DNA of 64,000 nucleotides from an uncultured Deferribacteres bacterium (GTDB lineage Bacteria; Zhuqueibacterota; Zhuqueibacteria; Zhuqueibacterales; Geothermadaptataceae): NCBI GenBank assembly GCA_964014485.1, contig CAXHAT010000012.1, positions 204 to 64,203 of the forward strand, read 5' to 3'. Shown piece by piece: positions 63,661 to 64,000 of this stretch (position 1 is its first letter; each line of letters starts with the position of its first letter). The notes under the pieces were generated by a model. It saw only the letters and a program-made list of their open reading frames with translations, ran no database searches and was not told where the DNA came from. The position numbers and the translations under genes were made by a program.

Positions 63661-64000
63661 TGGACGAGCTCAAGCGCATCAAAGTTCAGCTTCGCGGCAC
63701 GTTTTCCGGGAGAGCATGGCACGGCGATTCTCTGATGAAAATTCTCGACGGTGTGACTGCCGAACAAGCGATGCAAAAGCCGATTCCCGACGCGCACAGC
63801 ATTTGGGAATTGGCGCTGCACATCAATGCCTGGCAAAAAGCGGGCGTGCGCATTTTGGCAGGAGAAGTGGTGATGGATTTACCTGAAGAAGAGAACTTCC
63901 CCACGATCCCGGACGCTTCCGAAGAAGCGTGGCAGGCGGCGGTCTCAGAATTGAAGGATGGGCATCGCGAATTCCGAAACGTCGTCTCCAAGCTCTCGGA
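63660..64000 (+). CDS. DinB-family protein, 3' end outside window
   Basis: ATG 63660 overlaps the upstream TGA (TGATG). 'WHGDSLMKILDGVTAEQAMQKPIPDAHSIWELALHINAWQ' is typical of the DinB superfamily. The frame is open to the window end. Confidence 0.7.
   Translation, partial: MDELKRIKVQLRGTFSGRAWHGDSLMKILDGVTAEQAMQKPIPDAHSIWELALHINAWQKAGVRILAGEVVMDLPEEENFPTIPDASEEAWQAAVSELKDGHREFRNVVSKLS

Overview
The window is bacterial chromosomal DNA. I cannot assign a lineage without a database search, but sigma-54 signalling and lipoprotein-type signal peptides suggest a Gram-negative-type organism. Bases 1 to ~37,740 form one co-directional (+ strand) island. It encodes a complete phage-tail-like extracellular contractile injection system (eCIS, Afp/PVC type). 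The structural genes are an AAA+ ATPase (5' end outside the window), a DUF4255 cap, sheath, two tube paralogues, a tail-chaperone-like ORF pair, a tape-measure candidate, a LysM tube initiator, a gpD-like hub, a gpV/VgrG-like spike, PAAR, gp25 and two baseplate-J paralogues. One J paralogue is a 2371-aa giant carrying a 7-blade propeller-like region and ~11 tandem repeats. These are followed by an exported Cys-rich duplicated protein, a gpI-like tail protein and three fibre-like ORFs. A cargo module comes last: a DUF4157 protein, an unknown 634-aa protein, a tyrosinase with a Cu-type membrane partner, and a leader ORF separated by one in-frame TGA from a CHAP hydrolase. No capsid, terminase, portal, integrase or T6SS membrane-complex genes are present. 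Three cargo ORFs share an N-terminal motif, and two copies of it are almost identical at nucleotide level. I propose this motif as a loading signal. From 38 to 64 kb the content is ordinary: ltaE, a VWA lipoprotein, glycosyltransferases, Lrp, queE, a two-component/sigma-54 signalling cluster, ParA, guaB, rpsT, STAS, an EF-G paralogue, a LanC-like protein and DinB. This part also holds a candidate sRNA and a ~227-bp MITE-like inverted-repeat element. No rRNA, tRNA or CRISPR array was seen. All family calls rest on motif recognition by eye, with no similarity search run.
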